Assembly: GCA_012837435.1 (NCBI GenBank)
Contig: DURD01000025.1
Span: 5,840 to 69,839, forward strand
Source: Erysipelotrichaceae bacterium
GTDB taxonomy: Bacteria; Bacillota_I; Bacilli_A; RFN20; CAG-826
DNA length: 64,000 bases
Direction of reading: 5' to 3'
Both the position numbers and the translations under genes were made by a program. A model generated the notes under the pieces. The model did not search any database and was not told the DNA's origin. It saw nothing but the letters and a program-made list of their open reading frames with translations. Of this stretch, positions 50,706 to 59,350 are shown in pieces (positions within the stretch are counted from its first letter, which is position 1; each line of letters begins with the position of its first letter).

Positions 50706-52055
50706 TTAGCGCATTTTGCGTTTGTTTTCATACATCAACTTATCGGCTTCACCAATTGAAGAACTCAACGAATCAATATCGTCAGTAATCGTGTAACCAT
50801 AAGCAATACTGATGTCTTTTCCTTTAAACTCTTCCACAACTTGATCGCTAACGCGTTTCATTATGGATTCACATAAAGGGCTATCGCAATATTTTAGTAA
50901 GAATAAAAATTCATCGCCACCATAGCGAATTACTATATCATCACCACGAACCATTTTCTTAAATGTAGAAGCCAGACTAATTAAAGCTTTGTCTCCTTCT
51001 AGATGACCGTAAGTATCGTTAAAGTTTTTAAACTTATTCACATCAATCATCACCACTGCAAGTGGAGTCATGTCCGCGAGAAATGTTGATTTAGCATATT
51101 CGAGAAAGTGTCTTGAGTATAAGTTTGTGAGAGCGTCTCTATTTGCTTTTTCTTGATAGTATTCACTTTTTTGATTTTCTATTTTGATTTTACATGAGGC
51201 ATTGTTAAAACTAATCCAAATGCCAATTCCTAAACTAGCCACCACTAAAAAGCCACTCCAAAGTAAACTCCTTAAAGTCAAGGCATTGATTTTTGATTCT
51301 AACAAGTCTTGAGGAATTTCGACAGAAAGCGAATACTTGCTAGTGCCGAAGATATTTTTTGTCAAAAAAATCACCTTTTTTTCCTTAATTAATAGCGAAT
51401 ACCCGTCGTTCTTTTCAATTATCCTTCCTTCATCGAGAAGGGCTGAACTCGACTCTACGTTTAAAAGTTTGCAATCTCTTTTATTGTCATTTATCTCATC
51501 TACAGCGGGTGTCATATCAAAGGCCATTATGTCATGACCAACAATAAGGCCATCTTTTTTAATCGGTGAAATTATTCTCATTAGTACATTTTTTTGCTCA
51601 TCCATCAATAGATCGAATTGTATTTCATCTATATCTTGTACAAGACTTATTTCGTCTGGAGTTAATGTTTCGTTGACCTCCGCGACCACCCTACCGTCTA
51701 CGACGCGAGAAGCGGACACTGAATTGCTCAATATAGTAAACCCGTCTTCATATTTAGATTGCGTATATTCTTTTAATTCTTCGAAAGACATATTGTCGTT
51801 TTTATAGTCTAAGATAGCATTGAGTATCATCATACGGTTAGAAAGGCTCTTGGCTCCTTCGATTGAACGATCGATAAAATGCTGCACTACAGCCTGTTTT
51901 TGTTCAGAAATAATTACGTGATTGTTATATGTTTCGTTTTTTAATTCCATATCCATCGGAAGATAGATAAAAAAGTAGGAAGTGAAAAAAATCGTAAAAA
52001 CAGAAACACTTAACAAAATCAATGATGACAGTATGTTTTTTCTGTTAATACTCAT
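50706..52055 (-). CDS. Membrane sensor diguanylate cyclase (GGDEF domain)
   Basis: It has an N-terminal TM helix, an ~230-aa extracytoplasmic sensor region, a second TM helix, and then a GGDEF domain (DALTNLYSRHF...IDVNKFKNFNDTYGHLEGD...RYGGDEFLFLL). Confidence 0.85.
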   Translation of the reverse strand: MSINRKNILSSLILLSVSVFTIFFTSYFFIYLPMDMELKNETYNNHVIISEQKQAVVQHFIDRSIEGAKSLSNRMMILNAILDYKNDNMSFEELKEYTQSKYEDGFTILSNSVSASRVVDGRVVAEVNETLTPDEISLVQDIDEIQFDLLMDEQKNVLMRIISPIKKDGLIVGHDIMAFDMTPAVDEINDNKRDCKLLNVESSSALLDEGRIIEKNDGYSLLIKEKKVIFLTKNIFGTSKYSLSVEIPQDLLESKINALTLRSLLWSGFLVVASLGIGIWISFNNASCKIKIENQKSEYYQEKANRDALTNLYSRHFLEYAKSTFLADMTPLAVVMIDVNKFKNFNDTYGHLEGDKALISLASTFKKMVRGDDIVIRYGGDEFLFLLKYCDSPLCESIMKRVSDQVVEEFKGKDISIAYGYTITDDIDSLSSSIGEADKLMYENKRKMR

Positions 52056-52468
52056 AATGAACCTTTTTACAACATTTTGTGACTAATTATGGTACAACAA
52101 CACTCAATAGCTTGCTTCTCTTATCAAAAATAAACGAGAGAACCGCGTTGAACAAAGTGCTTTAAATGATTGTTTTTTATTTCTTCTCCACGGCATTAAA
52201 AAATTATTTTAAATGGATGGATGTTGTTTTTCTGTGAGTAGTTACTTAAATATACTTATATTTTATTAACTTGTCCCACCTATGTCTCATAATACGATAG
52301 AAGAAAACTTGGTGGTTGTCAACGTAAAAATCAACTTTTTAAACAGCGTAAAAAGTTCCGTCAACTATAACACTAAGCGCAACTTTATAAACGGGAGTGT
52401 GTCGTTAGGTATTTTTTAGGTTCTAACTAAGAAAAACGTTCAAACGCTCTATGTCACAAGGGACATTT

Positions 52469-53281
52469 TTAGTCGATAACACCTTTTTTGTAATTAACTT
52501 TGAAAAAATTTGCCAATAATCTCAATTGGTCATCAGTAATTGTATTAATTCTCTTTTGAGTAGAAGTTAGCATGTATATTTCCGCAGCTTTTTCAAGAGT
52601 TTCAATTAAACCAAAAGCTTCATCAAGATTTTTGCCACAAGCGTATATCCCGTGCATTCCCCAGATGACAAGGCGATATTCTTTCATTTTTTCACTAGTG
52701 GCATCTCCGATTTCATTAGTTCCACAGAGCATCCAAGGAAGAACGCCGATGCCTTCAGGAAAAACGACTATGCACTCTGTTCCCATTTTCCACATGTCTC
52801 GTGTGATAGAGATTTCATCTAATTCGTGAACGCAGTTCATCGCGAGTATATTTGTGGGATGGCAATGCATAATTACTCTATTTTCTGGATCAACTTCGAG
52901 TCTCTGCATGTGGCATTTCATATGAGAAGGAAATTCAGAAGTAAACACCCCACCATCTTCAAAACCCCACAGCAGTTCTGCATGGTGTCCATCTTTGGCA
53001 ATCCGGATTAAACCCAGGGTAGTTTCTGGTGAGCAAACAACATTTCTAAAATATTTACCGCTGGAGGTTACAAGGAAGTATTTTCCAGCCAATTTCTCCG
53101 CACAAAAATCAAATGGAATCGTTCTAATAACCACGTTCTTGTCAATATAGCCTTCTAATTCTTCGTCAGTCACTAGCAAACTGACATTACCGCCATTTCT
53201 CTCATCCCATCCGTGATGATACATGCCGTAAATAATGTCTCTCATTTTTTTAAAGAATGAGGATTCCAAAATGTTTTTCAT
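52469..53281 (-). CDS. rhaD: Rhamnulose-1-phosphate aldolase
   Basis: HHGWDERNGGNVSLLV...VTSSGKYFRNV...RVIMHCHPTNILAM...GTECIVVFPEGIGVLPWM..GT.EIG is collinear with E. coli RhaD as I remember it. Confidence 0.93.
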   Translation of the reverse strand: MKNILESSFFKKMRDIIYGMYHHGWDERNGGNVSLLVTDEELEGYIDKNVVIRTIPFDFCAEKLAGKYFLVTSSGKYFRNVVCSPETTLGLIRIAKDGHHAELLWGFEDGGVFTSEFPSHMKCHMQRLEVDPENRVIMHCHPTNILAMNCVHELDEISITRDMWKMGTECIVVFPEGIGVLPWMLCGTNEIGDATSEKMKEYRLVIWGMHGIYACGKNLDEAFGLIETLEKAAEIYMLTSTQKRINTITDDQLRLLANFFKVNYKKGVID

Positions 53282-53305
53282 AAAAATCTCCTAACCAAAT
53301 AATAC

Positions 53306-55852
53306 CTATAATTCTTCTACGAGACTATAATTTCCGCTTCTAAATGTCTTAATTTCTCCTCTGGGAGTTACCACTTGGCATTTTGTACCAAACGGAACTT
53401 TAAAAGATAAGTCTACCGATTTTTTTGACTTTTTCCACATGACATTAATTTCTCCATACGGAGTCATGGTTTTACCACTGACGTTGTCCAAACCACAGTT
53501 GTATAGAGGTTTAATAATAAAGCTCTTATAACCGCCTTCTAACGGTTCTAATCCAAGGAGGCGACGATACAAGAAATCGCCAACAGCACCCAGAGCATAA
53601 TGGTTAAACGAAACCATTCCCCCAGTACCATCTTCTTCAGCAAAGTTCAATGTGCCGTCCGCTTTTAGGGCGTCCCACCTCTCCCACATTGTTGTAGCGC
53701 CAACTTTAACGGGGTAAAGCCAGGAAGGACATTTATCATTAAAGAGCATCTTAAAAGCGACATCCTCCCTACCATTATCTGCTAGAGCAAAAAGAATATA
53801 AGGAGTTCCTGGAAAACCTGTAGCCACACAATAATCTTTTTCTTCTACAATTTTGACTAAGTTTTCTACAGCTAGAGGCTTAGTTTCTTCTTTAAACATA
53901 TCGAAGGCTAAGGGGAGAACATAAGCGGTTTGGAATTGTTTTCCTAAGATTAGTCCTTGACCATCAGTCAACTTGCTTTCATAAGCATCGCTGACTTTTT
54001 GAAAGATTTCTTGATAGTAAATAGCGTCATCATTTTTTCCTAAAATAGTAGCAATATCGGCGAGCATCTTACTCGTATTAGCTAAACTTGCGGTCGCTGT
54101 CCATTTATGACGTTTCTGCCATTCGCTCATTTTATCTGTATCGGGAGCCACCCAGTCACCAAAGTGCAACATCGATAAACTTTTCCAAATATAGCGAGAT
54201 TTACCAAAACTCAGGAAATTTGCCCACCATAAACAAGCTTTGTGGTACTTCTTAATCGTCTCGTAGTTCTCGATTAGAATAGTTTTATCCCCATGAGCCA
54301 TGTAAAGAGCCCATGGAACCATCACGCAGGCGTCACCCCAGAAATCAATTGCCTTATGCGGCATTGTCAGAGGGAAACCATGACTTTGAGATGGGATAGT
54401 GTTGGGAAAGCCGCCCGTTCTAATTTGTTCACTTCTCATGTCTTTTAACCATTTTTTTAGAAAAATTTGCATATCGAAGTTGTAACAAGCGACCAGCGAA
54501 AACAAACCAATATCACCCGTCCAACCCATTCTTTCATCGCGCTGCGGACAGTCAGTTGGAATTTCCACAAAATTCGATTTGGCACTCCAAACAATATTTT
54601 GTTGTAATTGATTGATTCTCTTATCACTACATGAAAATGAACCGACAGTTTCTATATCGGAATAAATAGCGCGAGCTTCAATTTCGATGTTTTCTTTTTC
54701 TATGCCAGAAACTCCAATGTATTGAAAACCCATATATGTAAAAGTAGGAATGAATTCTTGATTCCCGTCTTTACAAATATATTCGATGGTGCACTTGGCT
54801 TTTCTCAGTAGTTTTGTGCATAATTCTCCGTTGTGAAGAACTTCGGCGTGACGAATAACAATTCTTTGACCTTTTTTGGCATTTTTTACCTTGAATTTAA
54901 CTACGCCAGAAAAATTTTGTTCAAACTTATAAATGTCTTCGCCACTCGGAGATTTGCTCACCGAAACCGGCAAAAATGATTCGTGTAATCTGACAAATTC
55001 ACCATAAGTAGCCGTTAATTTTTTTGGATTTGTTTTAACTTTTTCTAGACAAGCCTCGTGAAAATCAGTTTCAACTAAATTAGCATCATAAATTTCGCCA
55101 TCATATAGATCAACGTAAATATATGGCCCCTTCGTGGTGACAAGCCAGCTTTCATCAGTGGGAATTGTTTCTACTTTCTTTTTATCTTCCAAACGAATTT
55201 CAGCTTTAAGTGCTTGTCGATCCGCGGAAATGCGGTTTTTATGACCATAGGTAAAATCACCCACAGCCCAACCACCGGCTACGACAACTTTAATTTCATT
55301 ATCTTTCTTCAAGAACTTCTTAATATCGTATATTTGGTATTGAAGATTTTCTTTGTAGTTAGTAAATCCTGGTGTGAAATAGTCTTCGCCCACACGCTTT
55401 CCATTGATATAGAGTTTATAAACACCGAGAGTGGTAATGCTAATTAAGGCTTTTTCCGGAATTTTATCTAGATGTAATTTCTTCACAAAAGTCATCACTT
55501 TGGGAGAACCTTTTCCAGTGAATTTATACTTCCCATCGCTAATCCAATTAGCCGTCCACGGAGTTTGTAATCTACCCGTATCAAATGACGTTTCATATGT
55601 CGCCACATCACCAAATCGGTCAGTGGCTTTTAATTTGACTGCATAATGAGAAAATGGAGTTAGTTTACCATCGAAGTCAGTGCGAATTTGATCAATAACC
55701 TCTTTTTTCCATTCGTTATTGACTAATATTTGAGCGGACTTTAAGTAATTCTCTTCTTTGTCGCTTTCAAGGGCAAACCCAAAGAAAGGATTTTCATCAA
55801 TATAGCGAGATTTATTGCTTCCATTAATAATAAATTTGATAACCTTCAGCAT
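53306..55852 (-). CDS. Alpha-L-rhamnosidase (GH78), cytoplasmic
   Basis: It has DCPQRDERMGWTGD and the usual N-terminal beta-sandwich regions (ITTLGVYKLYINGKRVG). There is no signal peptide. Confidence 0.9.
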   Translation of the reverse strand: MLKVIKFIINGSNKSRYIDENPFFGFALESDKEENYLKSAQILVNNEWKKEVIDQIRTDFDGKLTPFSHYAVKLKATDRFGDVATYETSFDTGRLQTPWTANWISDGKYKFTGKGSPKVMTFVKKLHLDKIPEKALISITTLGVYKLYINGKRVGEDYFTPGFTNYKENLQYQIYDIKKFLKKDNEIKVVVAGGWAVGDFTYGHKNRISADRQALKAEIRLEDKKKVETIPTDESWLVTTKGPYIYVDLYDGEIYDANLVETDFHEACLEKVKTNPKKLTATYGEFVRLHESFLPVSVSKSPSGEDIYKFEQNFSGVVKFKVKNAKKGQRIVIRHAEVLHNGELCTKLLRKAKCTIEYICKDGNQEFIPTFTYMGFQYIGVSGIEKENIEIEARAIYSDIETVGSFSCSDKRINQLQQNIVWSAKSNFVEIPTDCPQRDERMGWTGDIGLFSLVACYNFDMQIFLKKWLKDMRSEQIRTGGFPNTIPSQSHGFPLTMPHKAIDFWGDACVMVPWALYMAHGDKTILIENYETIKKYHKACLWWANFLSFGKSRYIWKSLSMLHFGDWVAPDTDKMSEWQKRHKWTATASLANTSKMLADIATILGKNDDAIYYQEIFQKVSDAYESKLTDGQGLILGKQFQTAYVLPLAFDMFKEETKPLAVENLVKIVEEKDYCVATGFPGTPYILFALADNGREDVAFKMLFNDKCPSWLYPVKVGATTMWERWDALKADGTLNFAEEDGTGGMVSFNHYALGAVGDFLYRRLLGLEPLEGGYKSFIIKPLYNCGLDNVSGKTMTPYGEINVMWKKSKKSVDLSFKVPFGTKCQVVTPRGEIKTFRSGNYSLVEEL

Positions 55853-55864
55853 AATTTAACCGTC

Positions 55865-58800
55865 TTACTGCGCTCTTTTTTTCTTTTCTAAAATTTCCAA
55901 AATTTCACTTGTTATCAACAATCCTGTTGCGCCAACAAGCGCTATTACTGAAACAGCGATGAGTGAATTCGTGACGTGCTCCCACCACGGAGTAATAGTA
56001 ACAATTTTGGTCGTTAGTGAAATACCATTCATCGCCGAAGAGAAGTTAACTGTAACATAGAGCATTCTCTTTGTTGCTTCTCTAATCCTTTGATTGAAAG
56101 TTGGAGAGCTTGACCATGGGCCTAACGTGGATTCATTACCACTCATTAAGAAACAAGTTGTACCATTCATAAAGCCATCATCAAGAGCCATGATACCACC
56201 ACCATTGGATTCAGCCATATCGGTAATCGCATAACCATCAAAATTCCATTCATCTCTTAAAATACTGAACATAAGGTCGCTGCTAGCGCTAGTCCAGAGA
56301 CATCCTGCTCTATTAAAAGACGTCATCATAGCGTGAGCGCCCCCATATTTGCTGCCTTCGACAATATTCCAATCTTCATCTAATTCTGCTGGAGAACATA
56401 CATATTCCCACGGCAATAGATAAATTTGTCTAACAGCTTGTTCATTGCACCAAATACCAATGCCGTTACGATTGCTTTCTTCATCGTTTAAAATATAGTG
56501 TTTTGGATGAGCAATGACCCCTTGCTTTTGCATTTCTTGAACTTGGTAAACACCCGCGACCGCGGAAAGAAGGGGATCTTCTGAGAAGTATTCACTGGCA
56601 CGACCACCAAAGACCGCGCGGTGAATATTGATGCCAGGAGCATATAAACCATTGAGTTTATTATTGTTGATACCTGCTTTATCAGCATCCCTTCTTGCAT
56701 CTGCGGCAAATGCTTCACCGACTTTCTTATATAAATCTACATTAAAAGTAGAAGCGATGATACCAGCACAACTCATTGAAGAATAGGCATATGGAGAATG
56801 GCTGACGCCATATGGGCCGTCATCTTCATCCGTATATGGTTTAACGATACTGTCGATCGCGGTGGTATAGCCAAAGCAATCTGTTAAGTATCGAGAAATT
56901 TGTTCATAAGTTAATTGATCTAATAATTTGTCCCATTGGGGATCGTCGTAGTCGACATGGCGTAATTGCAATAGTGTCAAACCATTATTTTCACCATACA
57001 GTGGCATTTCAGCACCTTCATCTTCCACAATTGGTTTATTGATAGAGATGTCGTATTTAACCGCCCCTTTATCAGTGAGAACTAATTCAGTTTTAGCTTG
57101 GGGGAATGAATCTTTCCAGTTGAGACGAGAAACGTAGGTAACGCGCTTATCTTCTGTCGCACTATTTTCAACGCCTTCATATCTATTGGGATCCATGAAA
57201 GCTAATCTGCTAGAAATTTTTTCGCCAGATTGCTCTGATGTAGCAAATTTCGTTTTGTTTAATCTATCATTATGAAATGCAACTTTAGCTAATGAAGCAT
57301 TTCCTACTCTATCCATATTCGCAGGAGCGATAGTTCTATCTCCAGCATTCAAGCGAGCTTGTAAGATATTGTTGATTGCATCATGAGAATCTTTCGCGGC
57401 AGTTAAATAATAATCGCCCGCATCTAAGATGTACGTTTTCGCTGCGAGAGCGTCGAACACGCGCATGCTTTCCTCTTGGACTCTAATTAATAAAGTTTCG
57501 CTCTGATCAGCGTTCAGCATTTTAGTTTTTCCAAAACCCACTAGTTCGACCGATGGTTTTTCAATTTCAAATGTCTGGTCGTAAATTGTATAGGGTTGTT
57601 GCATATAAATTTGAACAGTTTCTTTTCCTGGGTAAGTGCCAGTATTGGTAACTTTAACACTCACTTGGAAATCACCGTCCTCTAAAGTCGAAACAACCAT
57701 ATCAGAATATGTGAACGTCGAATAAGAAAGCCCATAGCCAAAGGGATAGGCTACAACACTATCGTAATCAAAATTGCCGACATTGCTTCTTTGGACAACA
57801 AAATCTTCATATCTAGTTTCAAAGTAGCGATAACCGACATAAATGCCTTCGGCATAAACACCATAATATTTTTGAGCGGCGGTTAAGCCTAGTTCCCCAC
57901 TATTCGCGTATGCCGAAGAGAAACCTTCGTTGACTTTCCAATAAGCGTTCGCTGGAGCGGCAAAGTTATCTTTCATAAAAATGTCAGATAAACGACCGCT
58001 GGGGTTAACTTCTCCTTTTAAAGCTTTGGCCACGGAATAAACGCCATTACATCCAGGATTGCCAATCCACATAGCGGCATCAATGTTGAGCGATTCATTG
58101 AATAAGAAATCGCACTGAATTTGCATTGCAGAGTTGAGCAATATGACGATTTTTTTGATTTTCCCTTCGGCTTTCTTTTGCGCCAAAGCAGAAAGAACAC
58201 TCAATTCATCATTTGTTAGCGACAAGTAGCTACCATCCACCCCATCACTGTTGATGTAAGAAACATCACTACCTTCGCCCGAAATCCGAGTGATTACCGC
58301 GACGGCGACATCTGTATTATCAATTGATGCTCTGACGTTTTCTGGATAGCTAGTCCATGGTTTTTCATTTGTATAGAATGTACCACTGCGCAAACCTCTA
58401 CCAGTTTTACCAGCGTCGAGATAGTAGTTAAATAAAGTTTCATTAACTGTAAAACCAGTCTCGATTAATGCTGTATCAAAACGTGTTTTTTGAATGTTTG
58501 GCGCCGCTCCTGGTCCGTGAGTGGCATAAAAGATACTCGCCGATCCACTTAACACTAAGGAAAGACTTCTTTCATTCTCAGCTAAAGGAAGGGCGTTTGC
58601 TTCGTTTTTAAGAAGGACTAAACCTTCGTCTTGAACAGCAATATTGACTGCTTTATAGTAGTCTTCAATATTGCTTGAATTGTATTTTTGTTCAAAATAT
58701 TGGTGATCTTCTGGATTATCGTTTTCATCGAAAACAATCTTGCTGGTCTGAATCTGAAACGTCTCATTTAATAGACCTGATTTTGCATGAGCTACATCGC

Positions 58801-59329
58801 TTACGACAATAGAAACCGCAAAAAAACAGGCGAGACAGATAGAGGTAGTTTCCCAAGCTTTTTTCTTGAACAACTTGCCTAACTCAATTTTTTCTGCCTC
58901 TTTATAATAGTTTCTCTTGTGCAGGGCCGCGGCGACAAAACCACTGACGACCGCTAAGAAATAGATAATTGTTTGAGAAATATAATAGGAAACGACTTCT
59001 GGCGCGACTGGGTCGGTAGCGATAATCCAGTTGGACCAAAAGTTCACTTCATTGATAAAGAATTCTAAGAATCCGAATAAAGTAGCTACCGCCGCAATAT
59101 ATTTTAAATAACGGATGTTGATAACTAAAGAAAGAATTGAAAAAGTAATACCAATTCCTAATAGTGTTAGTACCGCTGAGGCCAGTTTGTTTTGATTATA
59201 TTGAGTTGCACCTGATTGGCTATAGATTACGAGGAATACAATAGATAAAACTAGTGACACAATTTCAATGTAGAAATGTGGTTTCTTGTAAAAGTCCTTA
59301 TCAAATAATTTATTTAGTATTTTTTTCAT
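55865..59329 (-). CDS. Membrane-anchored GH3-family glycosidase with reversed domain order, N-terminal 5-TM module and C-terminal TM helix
   Basis: Residues 1-190 hold about 5 TM helices. Next come GH3 C-terminal-domain motifs (EGLVLLKNEANALPL, ITRISGEGSDV, NPSGRLSDIF), then GYGLSYSTFTYS plus an Fn3-like region. The GH3 catalytic-barrel motifs come last (NIHRAVFGGRASEYFSEDP, KHYILNDEESNR, MTSFNRAG, YAITDM). The final TM helix ends in KKKRAQ. Confidence 0.8.
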   Translation of the reverse strand: MKKILNKLFDKDFYKKPHFYIEIVSLVLSIVFLVIYSQSGATQYNQNKLASAVLTLLGIGITFSILSLVINIRYLKYIAAVATLFGFLEFFINEVNFWSNWIIATDPVAPEVVSYYISQTIIYFLAVVSGFVAAALHKRNYYKEAEKIELGKLFKKKAWETTSICLACFFAVSIVVSDVAHAKSGLLNETFQIQTSKIVFDENDNPEDHQYFEQKYNSSNIEDYYKAVNIAVQDEGLVLLKNEANALPLAENERSLSLVLSGSASIFYATHGPGAAPNIQKTRFDTALIETGFTVNETLFNYYLDAGKTGRGLRSGTFYTNEKPWTSYPENVRASIDNTDVAVAVITRISGEGSDVSYINSDGVDGSYLSLTNDELSVLSALAQKKAEGKIKKIVILLNSAMQIQCDFLFNESLNIDAAMWIGNPGCNGVYSVAKALKGEVNPSGRLSDIFMKDNFAAPANAYWKVNEGFSSAYANSGELGLTAAQKYYGVYAEGIYVGYRYFETRYEDFVVQRSNVGNFDYDSVVAYPFGYGLSYSTFTYSDMVVSTLEDGDFQVSVKVTNTGTYPGKETVQIYMQQPYTIYDQTFEIEKPSVELVGFGKTKMLNADQSETLLIRVQEESMRVFDALAAKTYILDAGDYYLTAAKDSHDAINNILQARLNAGDRTIAPANMDRVGNASLAKVAFHNDRLNKTKFATSEQSGEKISSRLAFMDPNRYEGVENSATEDKRVTYVSRLNWKDSFPQAKTELVLTDKGAVKYDISINKPIVEDEGAEMPLYGENNGLTLLQLRHVDYDDPQWDKLLDQLTYEQISRYLTDCFGYTTAIDSIVKPYTDEDDGPYGVSHSPYAYSSMSCAGIIASTFNVDLYKKVGEAFAADARRDADKAGINNNKLNGLYAPGINIHRAVFGGRASEYFSEDPLLSAVAGVYQVQEMQKQGVIAHPKHYILNDEESNRNGIGIWCNEQAVRQIYLLPWEYVCSPAELDEDWNIVEGSKYGGAHAMMTSFNRAGCLWTSASSDLMFSILRDEWNFDGYAITDMAESNGGGIMALDDGFMNGTTCFLMSGNESTLGPWSSSPTFNQRIREATKRMLYVTVNFSSAMNGISLTTKIVTITPWWEHVTNSLIAVSVIALVGATGLLITSEILEILEKKKRAQ

Positions 59330-59350
59330 ATTATTTGTTCTCCTTGTTCT

